Part shown: positions 32,655 to 59,458 of the stretch, one piece after another
Position numbering within the stretch: position 1 is the first letter of the stretch
How the letters are laid out: each line of letters starts with the position of its first letter
Assembly (NCBI GenBank): GCA_963693365.1
Contig: CAVNZM010000011.1
Location: forward strand, 6,839,921-6,903,920
From: Amoebidium appalachense
Lineage: Eukaryota; Protista; Ichthyosporea
Direction of reading: 5' to 3'
DNA length: 64,000 nucleotides
Notes under the pieces: generated by a model
What the model was told of the DNA's origin: nothing
The model's input: only the letters and a program-made list of their open reading frames with translations
The model's database searches: none
Made by a program: the position numbers and the translations under genes

Positions 32655-32855
32655 AAGAAGAACTATTCTGCAAAAACTTTGGAATTGTTCTGCTTTTATT
32701 ATTATTATTATTATTCTGCGAAAACTTATTCTGTAAAAGCAGAATTATTCTGCTTTGAGCAGAATGATTCTGAATTATTCGGCTTTCGACAGCAGAGTAT
32801 TTGCTGAAAGCAGAGTGATTCTGTTCAAATCAGAATAATTCTGCTTTTAGCAGCT
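32655..32855. repeat. cluster of palindromic GCAGA(A/G)TNATTCTG motifs
   Basis: aaaagcagaattattctgcttt (about 32735), agcagaatgattctg, agcagagtgattctg, cagaataattctgctttt (about 32831), plus partial copies. Confidence 0.6.
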
Positions 32856-33909
32856 AATAACGTCACGCGTGTGCACGTGTGTGAATGTGTGCATCCCTAA
32901 GTGCAAGGCGTGTATCATGTAGCTTGTCTATGTGTGTGCCCCTCCGCTCCCCACTCTTTCCCCCCCCCCCCCCCCCCCCCCCTCCCCCCCCCTCCTCTCC
33001 CCTTCCTCTGGCCCCTACCACAGTTTGAAACTTTGACCTCAGTGGGCTGTTTTACATGCCATGATTCTGTCCCGACTTTAAAGAATAACACCTCCGGGCC
33101 TCAACCCCTTCCCCCCCCCCCTTTCTCCCCCTCCTCCTCCTCCCCCCTTCCCCCTCCCCCCCCCTTCCCCCCTCCCCCTCCCCCCCGGCCCGGTTGCCCA
33201 CCAGAGCCCCGGGACCCCCCCCCCCCCCCTTTTTTTCCCCAACAGGCCAAACGGCAGGCCACACCAGGGTGTCCAAACGTACAAATATCGCCCGTGAAAA
33301 AAGTGCTGCCTTAATTCCTTTTCATATGAGCCCATATAAATTCTTTGCATGAACATCCAATTCGAATAAACTGTATCATGCGGGATTATACAGTGAAAGT
33401 AACATGAACAACCCTATTGCCGTTAACAAACACATGCTGCCAAAATGTCTGCCTTGCAAGCAGAGGGAGAAGTTCCTAATGTGTGAGGAAAAAGGTAAGT
33501 GATTCAAGGGTTTGGATGCCTTTTATGGCACCCTTCACGCATACTTGCAGGGGCGTGCATATTTATGAAACCCCCCGCACCCCCCCCCCCCCCCCCCCCC
33601 CTGTTCCCCCCCCCAAACAACAACAACAAAAAAGAAGCAAGGTTCCGTTATAATGGTCACAGAATCGATAATCGGCTTTAAATGTCATTGAATGACAGAC
33701 GGGAAAGGAGAGAGAGGGGGGGGGGGGGGGGGGGGGGAGAGGGGGGACGGAGGGAGGGAGGGAGGCAGGAAGGGAGGCAGGAAGGGAGGCAGGGAGGGAG
33801 GGAGGGAGGGAGGGAGGGAGGGAGGGGGAGGGAGGGAGGGAGGGGGGGGGAGGGAGGGGGGTGAGGGGAGGGGAGGGCCGAGGGAGTGAGGGAGAGGGGG
33901 GGGAGGGGG

Positions 33910-33976
<67 letters not shown>

Positions 33977-34164
33977 GGAGCGGAAGGGAGAGAGAGGGCC
34001 CGGGAGGGACAGAGAGAGAATGGGACAGAGAGAGATGAGACAGATAGAAATAGAAACTGAATATTCAGTCACACATGTACATACACACACAGAGAGAGAG
34101 GGGGGGGGGGAGAGGGGGGGGGGGAGGGAGAGACAGAGAGAGAGAGAGAAAGAGAGAGAGAGAG

Positions 34165-34254
<90 letters not shown>

Positions 34255-35478
34255 AAGGAGAGAGAGAGAGAGACCTCGTTAATAATAGAATATAATTCAA
34301 GTGCATGAGTGTATGTGTTTGTGAGTGCTTGCGTGCCACGTGTGTTCAACGCTTTGTTCGGGGCCGGCGTCGCCACGTGCACTGCCAGAGTCCGGCCTGC
34401 ATGCAGCTCCGGCCTGCCCGGGCCAGGCTCGGGACCAAAACAAAACGGCTGCGCCTGCACAAGCAAATACGAAGAAGATGATGATGATCATAAAAAAAAT
34501 GATATATATGATGTAGATTCCACAACGTTGGCAGAAGTTACGTTCAACTTAAAAATACGACGGGCGCCGCTCGAGCTCTGGCTGAGCGGGAGCCTGCCAG
34601 TTACGTCAAGGTGAGGTAAGTATGATGTAATGTGCTATTTTTGGCTCATTAGCACATTGGGTTTCCCCCGGGCTTTATTTGATCATAGATAAACCAATCA
34701 GAATACGTAAATGCATTCGGAAAAATGAACACGTGCATGGTGATCGATCACGGACTCAAGGGCCACGGTCCTCCCAACTTTCAAGTAAAGGCCATCTTGC
34801 ATTAAACAGAGAAAACAAGATACCAAGCAAATAATAAATATTCATATACGAATATATGTTTCAAATAAAATAGCCAAGGACCAGGGGCCGAGGGCTAAAT
34901 CTTGCACCGCGCGCACCTCAGCCTCTCAGGGCACACCCCCACACGTGATCGCCCGCCGCAAGTGGACTGTTGTGCACACACTCTACGCGAATCTGGGAGG
35001 CTGGCTCTTTTATCGAAACATATGTGTACATCTGTTTATTATATGTATAAAAATTGTCCATTTCAGGGTAACTTCAAGAATAATAATGCAAGGGATTAGT
35101 GCCTCGTGAAGCAACATGACCATTGTATTCCCCATGGTCGTCAGGTATTTCACATTCAGTGGCCGTTTCAAAGTATTGCCAATCGGAATCGTGGCCGTGC
35201 ACTGCAACGACATTCCTCAACACTCTGTGCAGGGTGTGAAATTAGAAGTTTTGTGGTCCTGAACACTCGAGAAGTGACCCTTGTATTTTAAGGTTAGGTC
35301 CACCAAATTATATTAGCTGAGCTAAAAATATTAAGATTACAAATAATAAAGGTTGGTGAACTGTATCGGGGCCATCCAGGTAGGGGTAATGTTGCTAAAA
35401 AAGATTGGACATTTGCCAAAGCCACAAGCAACCTTCACACCCTGGGTCCTGGGCAAGCACCGAAACGTTATCTGCGTT

Positions 35479-35513
35479 GATTGGTGGCACTTATTAGCCC
35501 TCATCTATATAAA
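35479..35513 (+). promoter_or_regulatory. CCAAT box (reverse) plus TATA box promoter of paralogue B
   Basis: GATTGGTGGCA at 35479 and TATATAAA at 35506-35513, 21 nt after GATTGG. ATG at 35588. Confidence 0.7.
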
Positions 35514-35587
35514 CTTCCACCCAACTCATGCTGGTCAGCGAGTCACATCAGTCCGTGGCCATTCACCAAGCAACACAAAACAGCAAC

Positions 35588-36526
35588 ATGAAGATGCTTT
35601 CAACCATCGCTCTCTTCGCCACCCTCATGTGGTGCGCGGCAGCCGCTCCCATGGGCGGCCGCCAGGGTGCAGGAGCCCAAGGGGACCTCGCAGGCGCGGG
35701 CATGGGCAAGCCCGGCCGCGATGGTCCGGGCGGGATTATGGGCGGGCAAGATATGGGTTTTGGTTGGCCCATGCCCCTCAACATCAGCAGCCAGTGTCTG
35801 GCCGCCATCAACACCACGTGCAGCGCATGCCCCGCACCCCCCACCGGTGCCCAAATGCAGCCGCCCTCTGGGGACGGTGCGCGCCGCGGGGACCGCGGGC
35901 CAGCACCGAGCAACAGCACGCAGGTGAACACGTGTTTCGAATGCATGCAGACAAACAGCGCCGCGCTGATTGCAGCCGGCTGCGACCACCTCAAGTGCCC
36001 TGCGGCCATGGCAGCCACGTGTCCGGACTGCCCACGTCCCGGCGCAAACGACAGCTGCCGTGCTCTGTGTGAAGCAAACCGCAACAGCACGGAATGCAGC
36101 GCCTGCCGCAGCAAGTGCCGTGCCTGCATCGACCAGAACACAGACGCCCTCATTGCAGCGGGCTGCAAGGCCCTTGCTTGCGCAAAAATCATCAACACCA
36201 CCTGCCCCGACTGTGCCCCCACCGATGCATGCCGCGCTGCCTGCGACTCAAACCGCACCAGCAGCGAGTGCACAAAGTGCGGCAGCTGGCGCACGGCCTG
36301 TGCCACGTGTCTCACAAACAACAACGCAACCCTGGCCGCTGCAGGCTGCCCCCAGCCCCCCCAGGGCCCAAAGGGCGGCAACTTCACGCTGGGTGGTGAA
36401 AAGGGAAAGGGTGGCATGGGTGGGGGTATGATGGGGCCTGGTGGAAAGGGTGGTAACCACACTGATAGTGTGGGTGGTGGGCGTGGGCGGCCCATGCAGG
36501 GCCAGAAGAAGGGGCAGTTATTATAA
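35588..36526 (+). CDS. secreted Cys-rich tri-repeat glycoprotein, paralogue B, 312 aa, intronless
   Basis: MKMLSTIALFATLMWCAAAAP leader, same 6+10+10 Cys units as paralogue A, Gly/Met/Lys-rich tail, TAA ending at 36526. Confidence 0.9.
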   Translation: MKMLSTIALFATLMWCAAAAPMGGRQGAGAQGDLAGAGMGKPGRDGPGGIMGGQDMGFGWPMPLNISSQCLAAINTTCSACPAPPTGAQMQPPSGDGARRGDRGPAPSNSTQVNTCFECMQTNSAALIAAGCDHLKCPAAMAATCPDCPRPGANDSCRALCEANRNSTECSACRSKCRACIDQNTDALIAAGCKALACAKIINTTCPDCAPTDACRAACDSNRTSSECTKCGSWRTACATCLTNNNATLAAAGCPQPPQGPKGGNFTLGGEKGKGGMGGGMMGPGGKGGNHTDSVGGGRGRPMQGQKKGQLL

Positions 36527-36641
36527 GGGATTAATTTGTGTTGGGGATATGCGCTTTCTATTCGCTGGTGTTGACCACCACGAATTTGATTGGTTTTCGA
36601 CGTTTTGCTCCACACATGATCAGAGCTTATTGTAAAGTAGC

Positions 36642-36664
36642 ACCGGGCAGGCTGGCACTGTTAC
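36642..36664 (+). promoter_or_regulatory. conserved 23-nt downstream (3'UTR) element shared by paralogues B and C
   Basis: accgggcaggctggcactgttac is identical at 36642-36664 and 40899-40921, with divergent flanks. Confidence 0.5.
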
Positions 36665-37008
36665 GGAAGTATAAATGAATTTTTAAACCGTTAAAAGATA
36701 ATAAAGCGAAAACATGCATCTGTTATAACCAATTGCAAGCTTGTGACTTCTTTTCTGAGTGTACCACACTGTGAAGCTGACGACCCGAAAGTACGTGAAA
36801 AATAAATCTGCCTAAAAGATTTAGAAACCCCCTTTAAAGCACAACTGCGTTGCGGCAGCTGGCGCTGCTGGGACATTCAGGCCAAGGCCTTACAATTTTC
36901 TTACATTATACACTTGACCTCCTTTTTCTTTTCTTTCTTTCTTGCTTGCTTTTTTTTTTTTTTTTTTTTTTTTGGGGGGGGGGGGGGGGGGTTGGGGGTG
37001 AGGGGGGG

Positions 37009-37166
<158 letters not shown>

Positions 37167-37175
37167 GCAGCTATA

Positions 37176-37229
<54 letters not shown>

Positions 37230-37251
37230 AGAGAGCTGCAGCTATAGGGGG

Positions 37252-37390
<139 letters not shown>

Positions 37391-37741
37391 GGGAGGGGGG
37401 GGGGGGGGGGGGGGGCACAAAAAGAAAGCATACCACAAAGGGAGTTTCTTTTAGGAACGTTAACCCGAGTCGGGCAATACCCGAAAGAGATTTACGCCTT
37501 ATGTGATATGCATCAAACACTATTTTGCCCTGACCCCAAAAAAGGTGTATACATCATAATATCGGCCTAATTAATTTGAAGCAAGTTAAGATCACATCAT
37601 GGATATTATAGCGGAAGCACGGTAAATTGGGAAATAAACACATAAAAGAAAGGCACTGCTAAAACTTTAAAATCGTATGAACGGGCTGCGAGCAAATAAA
37701 TATATATGGATGAGGAATAAGAGAGAGCGAGAGAGCGAGAG

Positions 37742-37908
<167 letters not shown>

Positions 37909-38110
37909 GGGGTTGGGAGAGGGAGAGAAAGGGAGAGGGGGGGAGGGAGAGAAAGGGTGTGTGTGTGCCATAGAGTACCAGAGAGGGAGGGGGAAGGGGG
38001 GGAGATATAGAGAGAGGAGGAACTTTAATAGATAGAGAGGAAGGGAGGGGGGGAGAGAGAGAGGGGGGGGGGGGGGAGGGAGAGGGAGGGAGAGAGAGAG
38101 CTATAGCTAG

Positions 38111-38182
<72 letters not shown>

Positions 38183-38187
38183 ACGAT

Positions 38188-38264
<77 letters not shown>

Positions 38265-39480
38265 GGGGGGGGGGGGGGGGCACAATTTTCTTAGTAGGGC
38301 ATCTGGCTAGCTAGTATTATCATGCATACACGAGGCTTCGGTGTTTGAGCAATGCTTTTCACTGGTGACTTTCTTTCAACAAAAACACTACTACACACCC
38401 ACAAAACCGCACACACACACACGCACACACACACACACACATACGAGCGCACAAACGCACACGAAAACACACGCACTTACAACGCTCGTCAGATACATGA
38501 AAGTTTGTGCGTGTTTGCGTGGATGTGTGTGTGCACGTGCACCGGGTGTGTAATACTTGCTATCTACTGGCCTCTGGCAGATCTAGAAACCCAACCAATG
38601 GCAAGGATATCATATATACCAAACATACACTATATATATTCGGTGATATTGTGTGAATATCTGGATTATAAACTATATCAAACAAGATAACTTATACACA
38701 AAAAATACGTTTTCCTATCATTTTTACGGAGTTACTAATATAATATGTTACATAAAAGCTACATGTGTCGCCATTCAGTCAATCCGTGCAGGTCTGTGTT
38801 GACTGATGATGTAGGCCCTAGCTATTTTTAGCTGTTAGCTCATTGGGTTATTCCCTGACTTTTCCATTCCTGTCTAATCCAATCAGAACGTGCAGAATCG
38901 AATTATGTACAATTTTGAATTCCTGAGCAGTGAGCACGTTTGTGGGGCACGGTGAGTGACAGATTACGAATTTCCAAACCCCGGGAATCGATTTGTGGTT
39001 TGTGGGGTGCAGCGTGATGTTTCTTATTGACACGCGTGTAACGGGAGAGGGGGAGATGTACTGCTTATTCTATAAAGCATGCGAATAATAGGTCGAAATT
39101 CCAGTTAAAATCAATATTAAGAAAAAACTTCTACAAGTGTATTGCGCAGCACATCATCATAACACAGAGCTTGGACTCATGACTTCGGGCCTCAGGGTCC
39201 GAACAGATCCGTAGAGCCCAATGTATACTGGACGCCACCGGTCACGGTGACAGAAAGACCTAAACAGGCATAAGTAATTCACATGCAAGTATGCTCACTA
39301 ACCATCCTTGTAGCATGCTTAGGTACAAATTGTAGTAAAAAATAGCGCTATGGCGGTCATGTACACCTCAGGAAACCCTGATACTACGTACAGTACTCAA
39401 AAATGGTGACCGTTGTTGCGGCGAAAAGGTGTTACTAAAAAAGCCACTTCTAAAAATAGATCTCGGAAATGGCGTGTTCT

Positions 39481-39515
39481 GATTGGTGGCATACATTTGT
39501 TCTCGGGTATATAAA
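39481..39515 (+). promoter_or_regulatory. CCAAT box (reverse) plus TATA box promoter of paralogue C
   Basis: GATTGGTGGCA at 39481 and TATATAAA at 39508-39515, same 21-nt spacing as paralogue B. Confidence 0.7.
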
Positions 39516-39631
39516 TTTTGCGCGCCATCGTTAGTCCCACTAGTCTCTCAGTCAATCACTCGAGCTTCTTACATCGTAAACCACTTCCTGAACCGTTCAA
39601 AATACACCACAAAAAGCGCTATATAGCAAAC

Positions 39632-40642
39632 ATGAAGAGGTTTTCATCCATCGCTCTCTTCGCCACCCTCATGTGGTGTGCGTCAGCCGCTCCCATGAGT
39701 GGCGGCCATAAGGGTTTAGGAGCCCAAGGGAACTCTACAAAACCCGGCCTCACACATGGAGGCCAAGGTGTGGGTGGAGCTCAAGGCGCCATTGGTGGCC
39801 ACATGGTCATGCCCCTCAACATCAGCAGCAAGTGTCTGGCCGCCATCCACACCACGTGCAGTGCATGCCCCGCAGCACCCCCCACCAATACCACCACAAA
39901 GCCCGCTGCTGGCAAAGGGAACGGCACCCACCCCGAGGCCGCTGGCAACTACACCAAGGCTTGTTTCGAATGCATTCAGACAAACAGCGACGCCCTGATT
40001 GCTGCCGGCTGCGACCACCTCAAGTGCCCTGCGGCCATGGCATCTACTTGCCCGGAATGCCCCTGGCCCCACTCAAACGACAGCTGCCATGCGCTGTGTG
40101 CCGCTAACGGCAACAAAACCGAATGCAGCGCCTGCCGCAGCAAGTGCCGTGCCTGCATCGACCAGAACACAGACGCCCTCATTGATGCCGGCTGCAAGGC
40201 CCTTGCTTGCGCAAAAGTCATCAACACCACCTGCCCTGACTGTGTCCCCACGGATGCATGCCGCGCCGCCTGCAAAGCGAACCACACCAGCAGGGCGTGC
40301 GCACAGTGCCAAGCCAAACACACCGCCTGTGCCACATGCCTTACCGCAAACAACGCAACTCTAACCGCTGCCGGCTGCCCCCAGCCCTCTGAAAGCCTCG
40401 AGGGAGGCAAGCTTGTCTCGGGTGGTGCCCATGACGTGCACCCGGTTAAGGGCGGAAACTCCACTGTGAATGATGCAAGTCACCCGGCTAAGGGCGGAAA
40501 CTCCACTGTGAATGATGCAAGTCACCCGGCTAAGGGCGGAAACTCCACTCTGAATAGTGCAAATCATGATCACCCGGCTAAGGGCGGAAACACCACGGTG
40601 AATGGTGCTAGTCACATGCTTAACTCCACTAATCATCATTGA
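39632..40642 (+). CDS. secreted Cys-rich tri-repeat glycoprotein, paralogue C, 336 aa, with C-terminal 14-aa repeats
   Basis: MKRFSSIALFATLMWCASAAP leader and conserved Cys core. More divergent than A and B. Tail of four HPAKGGNSTVNDAS-type repeats. Confidence 0.9.
   Translation: MKRFSSIALFATLMWCASAAPMSGGHKGLGAQGNSTKPGLTHGGQGVGGAQGAIGGHMVMPLNISSKCLAAIHTTCSACPAAPPTNTTTKPAAGKGNGTHPEAAGNYTKACFECIQTNSDALIAAGCDHLKCPAAMASTCPECPWPHSNDSCHALCAANGNKTECSACRSKCRACIDQNTDALIDAGCKALACAKVINTTCPDCVPTDACRAACKANHTSRACAQCQAKHTACATCLTANNATLTAAGCPQPSESLEGGKLVSGGAHDVHPVKGGNSTVNDASHPAKGGNSTVNDASHPAKGGNSTLNSANHDHPAKGGNTTVNGASHMLNSTNHH
40439..40612 (+). repeat. coding minisatellite, four units of 42-48 nt
   Basis: cacccggctaagggcggaaactccactgtgaatgatgcaagt-type units at 40439, 40481, 40523 and 40571. 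Confidence 0.92.
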
Positions 40643-41632
40643 TGATATTAAACGTCTATGGATGGCATGGGTGGTGCTAGCAACGTCAGCAGAGCCACAG
40701 GGGGCATTGGTTTCTGTCGTCTGGATTGGTGCTTGAACGATTTCTTTCAATATATATTCGGCAGGTTTTATTATTGACGATAAAATTTTAAAATTGGCTG
40801 ATGATGACTCGATACGTGTAGGCGACGCTGTGAAAAGTACATGTGTTGCCCATACACGGTGAGATTTCAAAAATTGTTAATGTTTGTAGAACAGAATAAC
40901 CGGGCAGGCTGGCACTGTTACCTATAGGTCTCATCGATATTAAAGCAACAATAAATTTTAAAGTGATACGTTGCAATTGGGGTTTAAATGCATCGTGATC
41001 GGGAGCCCTCATTATGAAGTGACATCGTGTTGATCAAATACTTTGCGATTTTTAAATTTGAAATTGTGCGGGGGGAGGGGGGTTAGTAAATACGGGGGGG
41101 GGAAGGGAGGGGGGGAGGGGGGGGACCTGGGCAAGTGGGGTGGTGGGTCACGGAAGACGAGTGCCGCAGCAGGGGGAGGGGAGGGGGGAGAGGGGGGAAG
41201 GGTGAGTATGACCGTACGGCATAGCCTGAGTTTCAGGTGATCAAGGGGTCGTATTAGTTAGCCTCCATGTTTACGTTTTAGCAATGTACATATGTAAACT
41301 GCCGCTCAGAAAATTCTGTTACTGTTGTATTATCAGGTATCCGATATAGTCTCATGTACATGATGGCAGCCTATGGGATGTGTGGGTCCTCCCCTCCCCC
41401 CCCCCTCTCTGCTAGCCGGCTGGGCCCCCGCCAGGGGGAGACCCACCCATTCACGGTGGGTGGTGGGTCCAACCCCCCCCCCCCCCCCCCCCCTCCCCTC
41501 CTGCTAGCCGGGTGGATCCCGCCCACCGAAGCTAGTAGTTAAAATTCGTTACTATTCCCTTCCCCGTTTCAAAATCAAGAATCCCTTATCCACGTGTGTG
41601 TGCACGTCACGCTGTGTGGAGGGGTCACGGTG

Positions 41633-41688
<56 letters not shown>

Positions 41689-41873
41689 CTGTAAAGTGTG
41701 TGTCTGTGGCGTGTGTACCTAACATAGCGTGTAAGGTCTTCACACGGCGTGTCACGGTGTCTTCAATACCTACTAGTACATGTCGGTGCACGTGTGTGCA
41801 TGTGTGTGCATGCATGTGCCTGTGTACGGCGCGCGCTCGCGTGTGCGTGTCAAGGTGTCGGTGTGTGTGTGTG

Positions 41874-41911
<38 letters not shown>

Positions 41912-41950
41912 AAGTTGTCGGTGTGTGTGTGTGTGCGTGTGTGTATGTGT

Positions 41951-41991
<41 letters not shown>

Positions 41992-42076
41992 TGTGTTGAG
42001 GCACCGTGTGTGGTTGATTTTTCATTTTGACTTGCATTACGCGCACCACACACACACGTGTGTGCGGGCACATGCA

Positions 42077-42140
<64 letters not shown>

Positions 42141-42421
42141 TCACGGAGAGAGAAAAGCTCGCTTGACTGGTTTTAAAGTTGGTAGTGTCAAGTGTAAAAG
42201 CCATCTACTTGTTTAATGTTAGTGAAGGCCCAGCCACCACCAATAGTTATAATCTCTTCACACGCTTGGATTCATACCAACCAGCTCATACGCATATGAC
42301 ATATTGATTACAATGCACACTTGCTAAAACACACACGTACACCGCCTATACACACATGGAGAAATAGGAACTTGCAACTATGATGGCAATCACCAATAGC
42401 ACCACGGACATCCCCCCCCCC

Positions 42422-42452
<31 letters not shown>

Positions 42453-42795
42453 GCGAAAGTAAGCAATAAAGTATGGCCGTATCTCATCTCATTAGAGAAA
42501 AGCTAAACAGATGGCTTTATCGGTCAAATAAAGCCAAAGCATTCATAACCATAAAGGGTAACTAAAAGTGCAACAAAAGGTTATAGCCAGGTCATTCGTT
42601 CACACTAGCTGCAGGGGTAAACTACACACCATTCATCAAACACGATTGGACGATAAAAAGTGTTGGTTATCCACCATCTAATGATCATTCAGGACATTAA
42701 AAAAGAAGGGAAATGTGCAAGGCTTGGTCTGTGTGTGTGTGTGGGGGGGAGAGAGAGAGAGAGAAAGAGAGAGAAAGAGAGAAAGAGAGACAGAA

Positions 42796-42885
<90 letters not shown>

Positions 42886-42970
42886 ACACACACACAGAGA
42901 GAAAGAGTGTGTGTGTGTGTACGCAAGTGCACCCCTGCGTGGGCATGTGCGTGTGTTGTGTGTTTGCCGC

Positions 42971-43064
<94 letters not shown>

Positions 43065-43174
43065 AATCCCACACCCATAACGACACCCCAACACGTTCAC
43101 ACCAAAAACGAATATGGAAAAAGGGAAGGGTATTTACAATTCTCATATTTACACATCCGTCCTCCAAACCCTCC

Positions 43175-43208
<34 letters not shown>

Positions 43209-43243
43209 CCCCCCCCTCCCCCCCCCCCCCTCCCCCCCCAAAA

Positions 43244-56487
<13,244 letters not shown>

Positions 56488-56806
56488 GATGAGAAAAAGA
56501 AAAACCGGATCGTTCAAGCAGAGCTCATGCTGCCACGTGCGTGTTCCTGGTAAAAGATTAACGTGTGAGAAAACTCATTCGTTCTCCCACCACCAATACA
56601 AAAGCACAATCTCTTTGGGTAGCAAAGTGCTTTGTCGAATGCAGTTGCCCATTCATGAACGGAGAAAATGACAAAATACATCACAACCCAAACTACACGG
56701 GAGAACAAGAGAGAGGGGAAGCGGGTATGGAAAGGCTGAGGCTGAGGCGGGGGGGAGGGGAGGGGGTAAGAAAGGGAGAAAGAGCAAGACGAGGGTAAGG
56801 GGGAGG

Positions 56807-56843
<37 letters not shown>

Positions 56844-58644
56844 TGAGAGGCAGGGAAAGAGGCGAGGGGTCGAGAGGGGCGAAGAGGGGGTGGGGTCGTG
56901 GTGGTCATGGGGGGGTTGCAAGAGCGAGGAAGATCGAGAAAGGGAAAGGGAAATGAAGAGAGCAGGAGGAGGATTTGAGGGAGGGAGGGAAGGGGGGCGG
57001 GAGGGAGGGAGGTAAGGGCGGAGTAGGGGGAGAGAAGGGGAGGAGGGGCAGGAAAAGGGGGAGAGGGGGGGGGGAGGGGGGGCAGGGTGGCGGCGGTGGC
57101 ATGCACGTGTTTTTGTGTGTGAGAAAGGGGGGGGGGGGGGGGGGGGGGAGGGGGGAAGGGGGGGGGGGGGGGTAATCAAAAAGGAGCAGCAACTGTGTAA
57201 AAAAAAGACACCGGCTGAATAAAGGAAAAAAAAAAAAACAGCTTTAAAGAAGCTAAGAAATTGCAAGAATTTTTGTATCTTTACACGTGTATGTGTGTGC
57301 ATACAACGCCTGGATGCCTGATACATAGCAACTGAGTTAAACAATCTCCATACATCCCTCCCCTCCCTCCCCTCCTTCCCCTCCCCCATTCCCTTCATTC
57401 CTCCCCCTCTAAAATATCTCGTGTTCACAAACGATTATAGAGAGATATAACAGCAAAGGAGCACTGAGAGTAACAAGATTCCTGAAAAAAAGAATTCCAG
57501 CAAAACTTCACATTCAAAATACCTCTAGGAAATCTCAATTCGTGCTGATGTTCCGGTGACTCAGCTCTCCGAACAACGACTGGAACACCTGCAATGAAGA
57601 AAAAGCTATATACACTTGTGAATGGGCTTACGCGCCTGCTTGTGGGGATTGCAAGGAGAAGAAGACGTCTTAGCAAAACTTAGAATGGTCATGTTTTCCT
57701 TCTGGGTGACGGCTTTTTCGTTGTTACGTTGTTGTTACGCTACACAGCCGATGGAAACTCGGCGAAACAGAAAATGGGACAAATTCCAAACGTCAATCAA
57801 ATGTTACTTTTATACTTTATACAATAGTTTGAAAGGAAAAAGATAATGTTTTACTTTTTATCATTCATTAATGTTGCCGTTCTAGCCAAAGCTTGCTGGA
57901 GCGCTAGGTGGCGACCTTGAAGAAACAAAGCACCGTTTTTGTAGTGTGAACGGTAGCTGTGAATGGTACGATTTGGGAAGTTCAAGACAATCAAAGACAA
58001 TCAAAGGACGACAACATGAACACATACCGAAAGGGCAGTAGCGTGCATTCCTTGTTATGTTGTATAAATTCTCATCACCGGCTTATGAATTCTTCAAAGT
58101 GCTAGCTATAAGAGGCTGGCACCCATGTTGTTTGCCTGGTGACTCGGCGGTCTGGTCCTATCATTCATGGTCTTCAACCTAGTTCTTTTCCGGGTTCTTC
58201 GTGATAGTTAATCTCATTCGCACCTTTTCCTGAATGCACAGATGGCTTCGCTTCTGGTTCACAAGTTTCATTCTCTCAACCAATGCCCATCCTACCACAT
58301 TGACAAGTGTAGAACAGCGTTACATCTCCCCCTCCCCTCCCCCCCCCCCCCCCCCTCCCCCCTCCCCCTTCTCAAACAACAACAACAACAACAACAACAC
58401 ACACCGTGACCCACGCACACATACACAACCGCCACCACCACCATCACCACTAAAGGCACCCCACCCCTTTTCAGAACTAAGCAAAATGCAAGTGTGAAAC
58501 GGGGATAGCGGAGAGGATGCCCCTCTCATCCTCTCATCCCCACCTCTCTTCCCCCCTCCCCCCTCCCCTCACACACACACACAGGGATAAACAACTACCC
58601 ATACCCAATTGATGTTTATACCCCCCCCCCCCCCCCTCCCCCCT

Positions 58645-58769
58645 TCAGCGGGCCTTTCGCACCGCCACATACCTGATCACATGTAGTAGCCCCCCCCCCC
58701 CTATCCCCCCCCCCCCCCCCCCCCCCTCAGCGGGCCTTTCGCACTGCCACATACCTGATCGCATGTAGT
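58645..58769 (-). repeat. 43-nt tandem duplication spanning a minus-strand donor-like site (CAG|gtatgt)
   Basis: tcagcgggcctttcgcacygccacatacctgatcrcatgtagt at 58645-58687 and 58727-58769. Confidence 0.85.
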
Positions 58770-59458
58770 TCAAGCAGCACGGAAAACACTACACAGAAAC
58801 GGAGATTGACGACACTTGGTCCGGAAACACAACAGCGACTCGCTGCCAGACTGCGCTGTGCAATAAATCAGTTCTCCACTCTTCCCCCCATCCCCCCCCC
58901 ACCCTCCCCCCTTACTGTCTTATCCATCCCCTCCCCCTCCCCCCTCCCTTCCCCCCGCCCACACACACACACACACACACACGTGCGCGCTCACACCCCT
59001 CCTCCACCCCCCACTCGAAAAAAATATGAACAGGTGTTAACATTGGGATGAAGAGAAAGACTTTTTTTATCCTACTCCCCTTTCTCCTCCCCCCTCCCCC
59101 CTCCCCCTCCCCCCACCCCTCCCCTCCCCTCCCAACCTCCCACGCTCGCCACATCCAACTCCTCTCCTCTCCCCCCCATCCCCTCTCCCCCTTCCTCCCC
59201 CCCCCCCCCCCCCCCCCCCCACCCCTCTTCCCCCCCGGGGACCCTTAACACATGTGCAGGCGCATGCACGGACAGGCACTTGGGCTTAAACATGAGTTAG
59301 TGAGAGTGGTTTTCACGTCCATGTGTCGGTAGTTGGAGCCATAGCATACTATCTGATAATTTCCAACTTAGCTAAAACATTGTGTCAACTGTACATGTGC
59401 ATGGACGGCATGTCTGTTGAGCGACATTTCACAAAGGAAATTCGGGGGGGGGGGGGGA

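Noticed and set aside
35563-36615. Long antisense ORFs over the Cys-rich genes (350 aa here, also 29575-30336 and 39976-40464)
   Set aside because: Shadow frames of GC-rich coding sequence. The sense frames have signal peptides, promoters and conserved Cys.
41390-41535. GC-rich inverted and direct repeats (gacccaccc/ggtgggtc, gctagccgg twice)
   Set aside because: Too short and irregular to call a structured RNA or element.
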